Shown here: piece after piece, positions 17,682 to 25,995 of the stretch
How the letters are laid out: every line of letters begins with the position of its first letter
How positions within the stretch are numbered: the first letter of the stretch is position 1
Assembly (NCBI GenBank): GCA_902803315.1
Contig: CADCPM010000085.1
Coordinates: forward strand, 35-64,034
Direction: 5' to 3'
Source: an uncultured Coriobacteriaceae bacterium
GTDB taxonomy: Bacteria; Actinomycetota; Coriobacteriia; Coriobacteriales; Atopobiaceae
DNA: 64,000 nt
Made by a program: the position numbers and the translations under genes
The notes under the pieces: generated by a model
Databases searched by the model: none
Told to the model about the DNA's origin: nothing
Seen by the model: only the letters and a program-made list of their open reading frames with translations

Positions 17682-19367
17682 ATGGACGAGAAGACGGCGC
17701 ACGCCATGGAAGAACCTGGCGACCAAGAGCCGAGCGGGCCAAAGCATCGGGCTGGGTTCAAACGATCCATTCTTGGCCATCCACTTCCCTATGCAATCGT
17801 TGTACTCTGTCTTATTCTTGTCGAAGGGGTCTATCTCATTGTCTCTCGACCCGCCATGCGAATTATCGTATTGGTGGCTCTTGCTTGTCTGTTTGTGGTT
17901 TCCATTGTCGTGTGGACAAGGTTGCGTGGCAACGAGGACAACGCGGTCGAGGTGTTTGCTCATCGCGTCTTTCCGGTGGCGCTCTTGATTTTGGGCGTTG
18001 CCTTTATGTTGTTCTTCCCGCCACGAGCCGTGCCCGACGAGGACTACCACTTTGGCTATTCTTACAGCTATGCCAATCTGTTGGATCCTACTTATGGCGA
18101 GATGGACATACGCAAGGAAGACGACTTACTCATACGTGATACCGCGTTGTTTTCACGCGAAATGAAGGCGGATTACTGGCTTCGTCTACAAGAAGGGGTT
18201 CCTATCTTTGCCCAAAATGGTGAGAAGATACCCTATGAGTTTGACAATACCGTTCAAGATCGTCCTATAGTGCGCCCCATTCTTTCTGGGGGCTACATGA
18301 ACAATCCCCCTCAACTTAAGCTCGCGTCGGGCGTGGGGATTCTGCTGGGAAGGGCTCTCAACCTGAGCGGAATCGTCGTGTACTTCTTGGGAAGGCTCTT
18401 CAACTTCCTGTTTGCCTTCGCTCTTATTGTGCTGGCGGTTCGTCTTATCCCTGTGGGCAAAAACATTATGATGGCGGTTGCGCTTTTGCCTATGACGCTA
18501 CACTTGCTCGGCTCGTACTCCTACGATGCTGGCATCATAGGCCTATCGTTTCTTCTTATTGCGCTGCTGGTAAGAATAATCGCCCATGAGGAAAAGGCTT
18601 CGCGTAAGTACTTGGTGGCGACATGTGCAACAGCGGTGCTGCTGGCCCCCTGTAAAGTGGTCTATGTTCCTATCTGTATTCTTGCGCTGTGCGTGCCTAC
18701 CACGAGGTTTTCTTCAAGTCGGGAGATGCTCGTTTGGAAAGCATCAATGCTCCTGCTCCCACTTTTCTGTATTGGATTGCTGCGTATGACCAGCATCGTG
18801 CATGTGTCCGGCGCTGACGGGTCGTCTGGCCAAACAGTCACGCGCTTTGGCAACGAACAGGGAACGTATTACAAGATGACAGACGTGGTTCAACGGCCTC
18901 TTCACACGGCTTACGTGTTTCTGCGCACACTTTACGAGAACATCGACGCTTATTTCCTTACAACAGTTGGGGGAGCCTTGGCTTCTATGCAGGGCAATAT
19001 ATTTGCTAAAAACGTGCAAGTATTTGCCTATGCGCTGATGCTTTGCTTTGCGACCATCCCATCTGCAGACGACGACGGCACGTTCAAGTGGAGAGAGCGA
19101 CTTGTCTCTTTGGCTATCTTTATTATGGTGGCCGTTGCAACGATGTTGGCGCTCATGGTCTCGTGGACGTTTGTGACGGAAGACGTTATCGAAGGGGTTC
19201 AGGGACGCTATTTCTTGCCCGTGCTACCACTGCTGCTCCTTGCGCTACGTGGTAACAGCATTGTCTCGAAGGTAAAGAGCGCTCCCCTTATCGTCATGAC
19301 GCTCGGCGGCTTGAACCTCCTCTATCTCGCACAGATCTACTATTCGGTCTTAGGTGGTCCGATGTAA
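17682..19367 (+). CDS. Polytopic membrane protein, DUF2142/GT-C-like.
   Basis: ORF 17670..19367, with the ATG at 17682 following GAAAGGTGG. The first extracytoplasmic loop starts 'PPRAVPDEDYHFGYSY', an acidic motif typical of GT-C enzymes. It has about 12 TM segments. Confidence 0.6.
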   Translation: MDEKTAHAMEEPGDQEPSGPKHRAGFKRSILGHPLPYAIVVLCLILVEGVYLIVSRPAMRIIVLVALACLFVVSIVVWTRLRGNEDNAVEVFAHRVFPVALLILGVAFMLFFPPRAVPDEDYHFGYSYSYANLLDPTYGEMDIRKEDDLLIRDTALFSREMKADYWLRLQEGVPIFAQNGEKIPYEFDNTVQDRPIVRPILSGGYMNNPPQLKLASGVGILLGRALNLSGIVVYFLGRLFNFLFAFALIVLAVRLIPVGKNIMMAVALLPMTLHLLGSYSYDAGIIGLSFLLIALLVRIIAHEEKASRKYLVATCATAVLLAPCKVVYVPICILALCVPTTRFSSSREMLVWKASMLLLPLFCIGLLRMTSIVHVSGADGSSGQTVTRFGNEQGTYYKMTDVVQRPLHTAYVFLRTLYENIDAYFLTTVGGALASMQGNIFAKNVQVFAYALMLCFATIPSADDDGTFKWRERLVSLAIFIMVAVATMLALMVSWTFVTEDVIEGVQGRYFLPVLPLLLLALRGNSIVSKVKSAPLIVMTLGGLNLLYLAQIYYSVLGGPM

Positions 19368-19473
19368 TGCGTCTTGTTATTGCGTGTGGGGGCAATGCGG
19401 AAGGTTAGGTTGGGACGCATTCGATTGGCGACTTGCGCGACATTCGAATGTGTGGGGGATAGAGCGGAAAACC

Positions 19474-20559
19474 ATGAAGATGCAGGAAAATGTAGCGAAA
19501 AATACGAAAAGCATTCGTCCTAGGAAGCACTACTTCGACTTGATGCGCGTGATTGCGGCGATTTGCGTAATACTGCTCCACGTGTCGGCTGGGGGACTTC
19601 AGGCGGACGTCCGATCGTCCGAATGGGCCGTATCCAACTTTTTCTGCGGCTCTGTGCGATGGGTGGTTCCTGTCTTCATAATGATCAGCGGCAGCCTCTT
19701 TTTGTCGAGTGAAAAGCCGTTCGAGAGGATAGTCCGCGAAAACGTTAAGCATATGGCGCTTGTTTACCTCTTCTGGTCTACGGCATACGCCGTCATAGGT
19801 AGTGTTCAGTCACTTATGCACGGACAGTCGTTTAGCGCGCTGGGCTTTATCAAGGAGATCGTGGTTGGACACTTCCACCTGTGGTTCTTCTATTTGATTA
19901 TCGGCATGTACCTGCTCATACCCTTCATGCGCATGATTGTGCGTAAAAAGTCCCTGTTCAAGTACTATCTGTGTTTGGCGTTCGTGTTCCACATCTGCCT
20001 CCCGCAGGCAATATCGCTCATCGGCCTTGCAAATGAGGGATATGGGGAGACGCTCGGTTCCCTTGTGGAACGCATGAACATGTTCATGGTTACGGGATAC
20101 CCCTTCTATTTTATGCTGGGATACTATCTTGACACCACCAACCGAATCTCGTTGCCCTTGTCGCTGGCGCTTTTGCTCGTTGGCCTTGGAGCAACCTGTG
20201 GGGGTACCGCTGCCATTTCCGCATGGAAGGGCGAGACGCTGCAAACGATATATACCAGCGCGAATCTGAATGTGCTTCTTGAGTCGGTGGGCGTATTCTG
20301 CTGCGTGAAATACCTTGGAAACCGGCTGATAAGAACAGAGGCATCGGTAAAGTTATTGCGCATGTTGTCCAGTCTGAGTTTGGGAGTCTATGTGGTGCAC
20401 CCCATTGCCCTGCGAGCATGCGGTAGGTTTGGCCTAGACGCCTTAGCCTTCAACCCCGCCCTCGCCATACCGCTCACAACACTCCTGAGCGTCGTTCTTT
20501 CGTTTGGCGCCGCCTATGTCCTGCGGCTGATACCGCCAGTCAGACGTCACTTCCTATAG
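19474..20559 (+). CDS. Acyltransferase family 3 membrane protein (putative glycan O-acyltransferase).
   Basis: 'HYFDLMRVIAAICVILLHVSA' is the typical AT3 N-terminal R/H motif. It has about 10 TM segments. The start was taken at ATG 19474 (MKMQEN..) within ORF 19354..20559. Confidence 0.8.
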   Translation: MKMQENVAKNTKSIRPRKHYFDLMRVIAAICVILLHVSAGGLQADVRSSEWAVSNFFCGSVRWVVPVFIMISGSLFLSSEKPFERIVRENVKHMALVYLFWSTAYAVIGSVQSLMHGQSFSALGFIKEIVVGHFHLWFFYLIIGMYLLIPFMRMIVRKKSLFKYYLCLAFVFHICLPQAISLIGLANEGYGETLGSLVERMNMFMVTGYPFYFMLGYYLDTTNRISLPLSLALLLVGLGATCGGTAAISAWKGETLQTIYTSANLNVLLESVGVFCCVKYLGNRLIRTEASVKLLRMLSSLSLGVYVVHPIALRACGRFGLDALAFNPALAIPLTTLLSVVLSFGAAYVLRLIPPVRRHFL

Positions 20560-20596
20560 TGTAAGGTGTCTCTGCCTTTTGCACGTCAAATCCCTG

Positions 20597-20736
20597 GTTA
20601 CGGTTCACGCCCCCCACGCCTACGACAGCACGCGTGCGGCGACTCACGAAGTGAGCGAGCGAAGCGAGCGTGGAGTCGCATGCGTGCTGACGTAGGCGTG
20701 GGGGGGCGCGAAGTGCGTGGGGATATGAACTGTAAC
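20597..20736 (+). repeat. Family-1 hairpin element with outer GTTACGGTTCAC / TGAACTGTAAC termini.
   Basis: Core GGCGACTCACGAAGTGAGCGAGCGAAGCGAGCGTGGAGTCGC. Arms are CGCCCCCCACGCCTACGACAGCACGC and GCGTGCTGACGTAGGCGTGGGGGGCG. The outer inverted termini are shared with the copy at 23906. Confidence 0.9.
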
Positions 20737-20848
20737 AATCCCTGTGGTGGCGTGCTGGAATCGCCGTAGTGCAATGGGTCTCGCAAGACGAGGGTGATAT
20801 AGTGACTCGGTAGGTTTTGCGTTGCCGACCGTGTGGAAGGCCTTGTCT

Positions 20849-21985
20849 ATGATTGATTTTAATATTGCGCCGTTCGTGGGGACGGAAACCGACTACATTC
20901 GCGAGGCCGTTGCCAACAAGATGATTTGCGGCGACGGTCCATTTACCAAGCGGTGTCACGCGTGGATGAGGGAACGCTTTGGGACGCCAAAGGCCCTCCT
21001 TACCACAAGTGGTACCTCTGCGTTGGAGATGGCTGCGCTTCTGTGTGACCTAGAGCCGGGTGATGAGGTTATCCTTCCCAGCTTTACGTTCTCTTCCACT
21101 GCGAACGCCTTCGTTTTGGCTGGTGCCAAGCTGGTGTTTACGGACATTCGTCCCGACACCATGAACATCGACGAGAAGAAGATCGAGGCCGCAGTTACAG
21201 ATCGAACGAGGGCGATATGCGTCGTTCATTACGCTGGCGTAGCGTGTGAGATGGACGCCATTATGGAAATAGCCCAGAAGTACGGGCTCAAAGTGGTGGA
21301 AGACGCAGCACAAGGTGTGATGAGCTCCTACAAGGGTCGTGCGCTGGGAACCATTGGCGATTTTGGCTGCTTTTCGTTCCACGAAACGAAGAACTACTCC
21401 ATGGGTGAGGGAGGGGCATTCCTTACCAAGGAGGTGTCGTATGCCGAGCGTGCGGAGATTCTGCGCGAGAAGGGTACCGATAGGTCCAAATTCCTGCGCG
21501 GACAGGTTGACAAGTACACGTGGCAGGACTACGGCTCGAGCTACCTTCCGTCCGATATAAACGCCGCCTATCTGTGGGCGCAACTTGAGAAGGCTGACGA
21601 GATAAATGAGAACAGGCTCGCGTCGTGGAATGCCTACGACGCCGCGCTGCGACCGCTTGCGGAACGCGGATTGGTGGAGCTTCCCACCATCCCCGCGGAG
21701 TGTGTGCACAACGCCCATATGTATTGGCTCAAGGCAGCCGATCTGGACGAACGTACACGGCTCATAGCGCATCTCAAAGCGTGTGGAGTGCAGGCGACGT
21801 TCCACTACATCCCGCTTCACTCGGCGCCTGCCGGGCTGAAGTTCGGGCGCTTTGCTGGAGAAGACGAGTTCACGACGCGGGAGAGCAATCGTCTCCTGCG
21901 CTTACCCATGTACTACAACCTCGCAAAAGGCGACCTTTTGCATGTGATTGACGCGATCTACGAGTTCTACGGAGTCTTACGATGA
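20849..21985 (+). CDS. wecE: dTDP-4-amino-4,6-dideoxygalactose (Fuc4N) transaminase, DegT/DnrJ/EryC1 family.
   Basis: The match to my recollection of E. coli WecE is colinear and high-identity. Segments seen: 'MIDFNIAPFVGTETDYI', 'CGDGPFTKRCHAWMRERFG', 'VVHYAGVACEMDAIM', 'FSFHETKNYSMGEGGA' (PLP Lys), 'REKGTDRSKFLRGQVDKYTWQDYGSSYLPSD'. Confidence 0.85.
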   Translation: MIDFNIAPFVGTETDYIREAVANKMICGDGPFTKRCHAWMRERFGTPKALLTTSGTSALEMAALLCDLEPGDEVILPSFTFSSTANAFVLAGAKLVFTDIRPDTMNIDEKKIEAAVTDRTRAICVVHYAGVACEMDAIMEIAQKYGLKVVEDAAQGVMSSYKGRALGTIGDFGCFSFHETKNYSMGEGGAFLTKEVSYAERAEILREKGTDRSKFLRGQVDKYTWQDYGSSYLPSDINAAYLWAQLEKADEINENRLASWNAYDAALRPLAERGLVELPTIPAECVHNAHMYWLKAADLDERTRLIAHLKACGVQATFHYIPLHSAPAGLKFGRFAGEDEFTTRESNRLLRLPMYYNLAKGDLLHVIDAIYEFYGVLR

Positions 21986-23184
21986 GTAGCTCGCGCAACA
22001 ATGGGGAAGGTAAAGCTCGGCATGACGGCAAAGTGCTGGCCGTAATTGGTGCGTCGGAGTTCCAGGTGCCGCTTATTCGCAAGGCCCAGTCCTTGGGATG
22101 TACGGTGCACGCGTTTGCCTGGGAGTGTGGCGACTTGGGCGAGAGCATTGCCGACGTATTCCATCCCGTAAGTACGGCTGAGCGCGATGAGGTCTTGCGC
22201 ATTTGCAAAGAGGTTGGCGTGGACGGCGTATGTACCATAGGGTCGGACTTCAACAACATCACAGCCACTTGGGTGGCCAATAGAATGGGGCTTTCGGCCA
22301 ACACAGACGAATGCGCGCGACTTTCGACTGACAAGCGCGCAATGAGAAAGGCGTTTGCGGCTGCTGGTGACCCCTCGCCTGTAAGCATTCCCGTGCGTGA
22401 AGGCGATTCCATGCCGACCGAACTTGACGGGCTGACCTATCCCGTAATCGTAAAGCCCTCTGATCGCTCGGGGAGTCGCGGCATTACCAGGCTCTCGAGT
22501 CCAGAAGGCCTTCTGGATGCCCTTACGACCGCATGGGACGAGTCTTTCTGCAAGATTGCACTTGTGGAGGAGTTCTTGGAGGGCGATGAGTTTAGCGTGG
22601 AGTGCATGTCGTGGGAAGGCATGCATCACGTACTCCAAATAACCCGCAAGTTCACTACGGGGAACCCTCACTTTATTGAGACCGCCCATCTGGAACCTTC
22701 GTTGCTCCCAGCTGAGGAGTGTGCTCGTGTGGAGCAGGTTGTGATGCATGCATTGGACACGCTTGGCGTGCAAAAAGGGGCTTCTCATGCTGAGCTTAAG
22801 GTCAATGGCCGTGGTGAGCCTTGGATCGTGGAGATTGGCAGTCGTATGGGCGGCGACTATATTGGGAGCGATCTCGTGCCTCTTTCCACGGGCGTCGACT
22901 TCGTAGGTGCGGTGGTGGACGTAGCCTTGGGTACAGAGCCCGATTTGCGAGGGCTTTCGTCTCCTCGTGCGTCTGCAGTGCGATTCGTGCTTTCGGAAGA
23001 GGACGTGGCTATACTTACGGACCTTCGGAGCAAGCGTCCCGATTTGGTGGTGAGTGAGTCGTGGAGTGTGCCGGTGGGCCACGAGGTCGTTGACAGCTCT
23101 ACGCGCTTTGGCCACTGCATCATGGCTGCCGATTCTGCGGAAGAGCTTCTTCCGTGGCTTGCCGGAGGCGTTGCGTGTGACTAA
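21982..23184 (+). CDS. ATP-grasp domain ligase of unknown substrate.
   Basis: ATGA overlap with the wecE stop. Motifs: 'YPVIVKPSDRSGSRGITRL', 'LVEEFLEGDEFSVECMS', 'GASHAELKVNGRGEPWIVEIGSRMGGDYIG'. Confidence 0.8.
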   Translation: MSSSRNNGEGKARHDGKVLAVIGASEFQVPLIRKAQSLGCTVHAFAWECGDLGESIADVFHPVSTAERDEVLRICKEVGVDGVCTIGSDFNNITATWVANRMGLSANTDECARLSTDKRAMRKAFAAAGDPSPVSIPVREGDSMPTELDGLTYPVIVKPSDRSGSRGITRLSSPEGLLDALTTAWDESFCKIALVEEFLEGDEFSVECMSWEGMHHVLQITRKFTTGNPHFIETAHLEPSLLPAEECARVEQVVMHALDTLGVQKGASHAELKVNGRGEPWIVEIGSRMGGDYIGSDLVPLSTGVDFVGAVVDVALGTEPDLRGLSSPRASAVRFVLSEEDVAILTDLRSKRPDLVVSESWSVPVGHEVVDSSTRFGHCIMAADSAEELLPWLAGGVACD

Positions 23185-23539
23185 GACGAGTCCCAAAACG
23201 CTGCTTTTCCTGCATTTGCTGCTCATGATGTATTCCTGCGAGGGCATTCTTAGTAAGCTTGCGGCCGGTCAGGAGTTCTTGTCCCCGGGTTTCATCCTAT
23301 GCTATGGGGGCGTTATTGCCATTCTCGGGCTGTACGCAATCGGCTGGCAGCAAGCCATAAAACGTATGCCGCTCACCTCAGCCTATGCCAACCGCGCCAT
23401 CACTGTGGTGTGGGGCGTAATATGGGGGATTGTGGTCTTCCATGAAGGCGTGTCGTTGCTGCAGCTTTTGGGATGCGCGCTCGTTGTTGCGGGAGTTGCC
23501 CTGTTTGCCACAGCAGACACTGGTGGTGAGGCTGCATGA
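23177..23539 (+). CDS. Small 4-TM EamA/SMR-like (DMT superfamily) membrane protein, ArnE/ArnF-like.
   Basis: GTG 23177 lies 7 nt after GGAGG and overlaps the upstream stop. About 120 aa: 'LLFLHLLLMMYSCEGILSKLAA...AYANRAITVVWGVIWGIVVFHEGVSLLQLLGCALVVAGVALF'. Confidence 0.65.
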   Translation: MTKTSPKTLLFLHLLLMMYSCEGILSKLAAGQEFLSPGFILCYGGVIAILGLYAIGWQQAIKRMPLTSAYANRAITVVWGVIWGIVVFHEGVSLLQLLGCALVVAGVALFATADTGGEAA

Positions 23540-23889
23540 ATGCGGATGTGGCGTTTCATGCGATGTTCCTGCTCTTGGGAACGTTCTTGGCTGCCGTGTC
23601 GCAGGTAATGCTCAAAAAAGCGGCTATGCGTAAGTACGATTTCGTGCTGGCGGAATACCTTAATCCGTTGGTGATTTTCGCCTACGTGATCTTTGTGGGG
23701 ACGACGCTTCTTGGCATTCTTGCGTATAGGGGCATTCCCCTTTCCATGGGTCCGGTGCTGGAGGCTACCAGCTACTTTTACGTGACTTTCTTCGGAGTAC
23801 GAATATTTGGCGAGAAGATGACGCGAAAGAAGTGGATTGCCCTTGGACTCATTCTTGCGGGCATATGTGTGTACGCCTTGGGAGTGTGA
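23536..23889 (+). CDS. Second small 4-TM EamA/SMR-like membrane protein; forms a pair with 23177..23539.
   Basis: ATGA overlap with the upstream gene. 117 aa: 'FLLLGTFLAAVSQVMLKKAA...ATSYFYVTFFGVRIFGEKMTRKKWIALGLILAGICVY'. Confidence 0.7.
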   Translation: MNADVAFHAMFLLLGTFLAAVSQVMLKKAAMRKYDFVLAEYLNPLVIFAYVIFVGTTLLGILAYRGIPLSMGPVLEATSYFYVTFFGVRIFGEKMTRKKWIALGLILAGICVYALGV

Positions 23890-23905
23890 GGGTTGACGTG
23901 AGGCC

Positions 23906-24025
23906 GTTACAGTTCACACCCCGCGCCTGTGTCCGGACCGCAAGCGGCGACTCACGAAGTGAGCGAGCGGAGCGAGCGCGGAGTCGCACGCGGGACCGGC
24001 GAAGGTGCGGGGTGTGAACTGTAGC
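23906..24025 (+). repeat. Family-1 hairpin element with outer GTTACAGTTCAC / GTGAACTGTAGC termini.
   Basis: Core GGCGACTCACGAAGTGAGCGAGCGGAGCGAGCGCGGAGTCGC. The outer 14 bp, AGTTCACACCCCGC / GCGGGGTGTGAACT, are perfectly complementary. The inner arms carry internal loops. Confidence 0.9.
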
Positions 24026-24063
24026 GTGGGGCCTTATAAGGGCAAGCGAGGAAGGACGTCACA

Positions 24064-24807
24064 ATGGACGAGCAGCGTGTGGAAGCGGTTATATTTGCCG
24101 GAGGTGTGGGCAGGCGCATGGGCAGCGGTCCACGTCCCAAGCAGTTTCTCGAGCTTAGCGGAAGACCGATTATCGACTATACAATCGCGCACTTTGCCGA
24201 GCATCCGCAGGTATCGGGCGTGGTTGTAGTGTGCCTTGAGTCCTGGATGGACTACCTGGCTGACGTGCTTGACAAACGGAGATACCAGACTCCCGTGGAC
24301 ATCGTTGCGGGCGGTGTGACGGGACAGGAATCCATCTTTAACGGCCTGCACCATCTGCACGAGAAGCATCCGGGCGACGATGAGGCAATTGTTCTTGTGC
24401 ACGACGGCGTGCGTCCCCTTATTGACGAGGCGACCATAACGGCTTGCGTGACATCGGTTGTGGAGCGCGGCTGCACAGCCACCGTGTCGCCTGCCATCGA
24501 GACGATTGTGGTCGGTGGCAGCGAGGGGGCCATAGAGCAGTTCATACCACGTTCGGAAGTGGGGCTGGCCCGAGCGCCCCAGGCGTTCTTTCTCGAGGAG
24601 CTCTATGCGGCTCACCTGCAAGCGCGTTCCGAGGGCAAAGGCAACTTCATAGACTCCGTAAGCATGATGGCGCACTATGGGCATCCCATCTATACCGTGG
24701 AAGGGCCTGTTGAGAACATTAAGGTCACAACCCCCATGGATTACTATGCCTTTAAGGGCTACATGGATGCACGCGACCAGCGCATGTTGTGGTCGGGCGA
24801 AGAGTAG
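24064..24807 (+). CDS. IspD/TarI-family cytidylyltransferase (putative ribitol-5-phosphate or related polyol-phosphate cytidylyltransferase).
   Basis: 'AVIFAGGVGRRMGSGPRPKQFLELSGRPII', 'VLVHDGVRPL', 'RAPQAF'. Confidence 0.8.
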   Translation: MDEQRVEAVIFAGGVGRRMGSGPRPKQFLELSGRPIIDYTIAHFAEHPQVSGVVVVCLESWMDYLADVLDKRRYQTPVDIVAGGVTGQESIFNGLHHLHEKHPGDDEAIVLVHDGVRPLIDEATITACVTSVVERGCTATVSPAIETIVVGGSEGAIEQFIPRSEVGLARAPQAFFLEELYAAHLQARSEGKGNFIDSVSMMAHYGHPIYTVEGPVENIKVTTPMDYYAFKGYMDARDQRMLWSGEE

Positions 24808-24818
24808 GGGGAGTGTCC

Positions 24819-25847
24819 ATGGGTAAGTTCTACGACGCCGACCTTACTTCGATTGCACAGGATAACTTGGTGCCTTGGTCGGTCTTCGAGGGTGCGACGG
24901 TAGCCGTTACGGGCGCGACGGGTCTCGTTGGCAGCATGGTTGTGCGAGCGTTGCTTCGGCGGTGCGAGGTGGCAGTAGGTCCCGCAAGGCTGGTGCTGCC
25001 CGTTCGCAATTTGGAGAAGGCGCGCACACAGTATGGTTCGTATTCCAGTGTTGAACTCGTAGAGTGGGATGCAGCCTTAGGGGAGGCGCCTCGCATTGAG
25101 GGCAATTGCGACTACGTGGTGCACTGCGCAAGTAACACCGACAGCAGACTCATGGTCGAAAGGCCGGTAGACACCATCGAAGCCACAGTGGAAGGCACTC
25201 GCGCAATGCTTGAGCTTGCGCGCTCTACCGGGACACGCATGTGCTTTGTGTCCTCTATGGAGGTATATGGATCTGGCTCTGCCGACCCGTTGGACGAGAC
25301 ACGCGGCGGCGAGTTGGATGCCATGAGCGTGCGGAGCAGCTATCCGCAGGCCAAGCAGCTGGCCGAGACGCTCTGCGCCTCCTATGCCTCGCAGTATGGG
25401 GTTCGCGTGTGCGTCGCTCGACTTGCCCAATCGTTTGGCCCAGGCATCGCAAACACCGACAAACGCGTATTTGCCGAGTTTGCCCGTTGCTGCGAGCGGG
25501 GCGAGGACATTGTCCTGCTAACCGATGGGTCAAAGAGCAACATGTACGTATACATAGCAGATGCCGTGAGGGCGCTCCTGCTGCTTGTTGCATGTGGTGA
25601 GTCCGGAGAGGCATACAACGTGGCAAACGAGCAGACGTTCTGCTCGATATGGGAGATGGCCAACATGGTGGCTGGCGCCTTTGGCCCGCATACCAAGGTC
25701 ACGAGGGTTAAGGATCTAAATGCGGCCAAGCGCTTTGCCGTGGCTGGGTGCCTGCGACTCAACACCTCCAAGATCCGTGCCTTGGGCTGGGAGCCCAAGG
25801 TAGGGCTCGAGGACATGTATCGTCGCATGATGGCGGACTGGAAGTAA
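24819..25847 (+). CDS. NAD(P)-dependent epimerase/dehydratase-family SDR (possible reductase partner of the cytidylyltransferase).
   Basis: Rossmann motif 'VAVTGATGLVGSMVVRAL', 'YPQAKQLAE' (YxxxK), 'VVHCASNTD'. The ATG at 24819 follows GGGGGA. Confidence 0.8.
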   Translation: MGKFYDADLTSIAQDNLVPWSVFEGATVAVTGATGLVGSMVVRALLRRCEVAVGPARLVLPVRNLEKARTQYGSYSSVELVEWDAALGEAPRIEGNCDYVVHCASNTDSRLMVERPVDTIEATVEGTRAMLELARSTGTRMCFVSSMEVYGSGSADPLDETRGGELDAMSVRSSYPQAKQLAETLCASYASQYGVRVCVARLAQSFGPGIANTDKRVFAEFARCCERGEDIVLLTDGSKSNMYVYIADAVRALLLLVACGESGEAYNVANEQTFCSIWEMANMVAGAFGPHTKVTRVKDLNAAKRFAVAGCLRLNTSKIRALGWEPKVGLEDMYRRMMADWK

Positions 25848-25887
25848 CGCGGCGAGTCGGTTTGGGGCTTCCCTAAGGTCGGATGTG

Positions 25888-25920
25888 ACCCACAGCGCAG
25901 TGCACCGCGCTGTGGGTTTT
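25888..25920 (+). terminator. Rho-independent terminator after the SDR gene.
   Basis: 11-bp stem ACCCACAGCGC / GCGCTGTGGGT with an 8-nt loop, followed by TTTTGTGT. It lies 41 nt after the stop at 25847. Confidence 0.75.
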
Positions 25921-25995
25921 GTGTCATGCGTATGGCATTTGTCAATTTCTTTTCTAGACTAGTTGCTGTTCAGAAGGCAATCGTGGGGAGAACAC

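Noticed and set aside
20597-24025. Interpretation of the bracketing hairpins as integron attC sites or gene cassettes.
   Set aside because: attC sites conserve their ends (RYYYAAC...GTTRRRY) and vary in the centre, whereas these elements conserve the centre. The termini GTTACRG...CTGTARC do not fit the attC consensus or order. No intI integrase or attI is visible. The cassette-like geometry is still reported as a finding.
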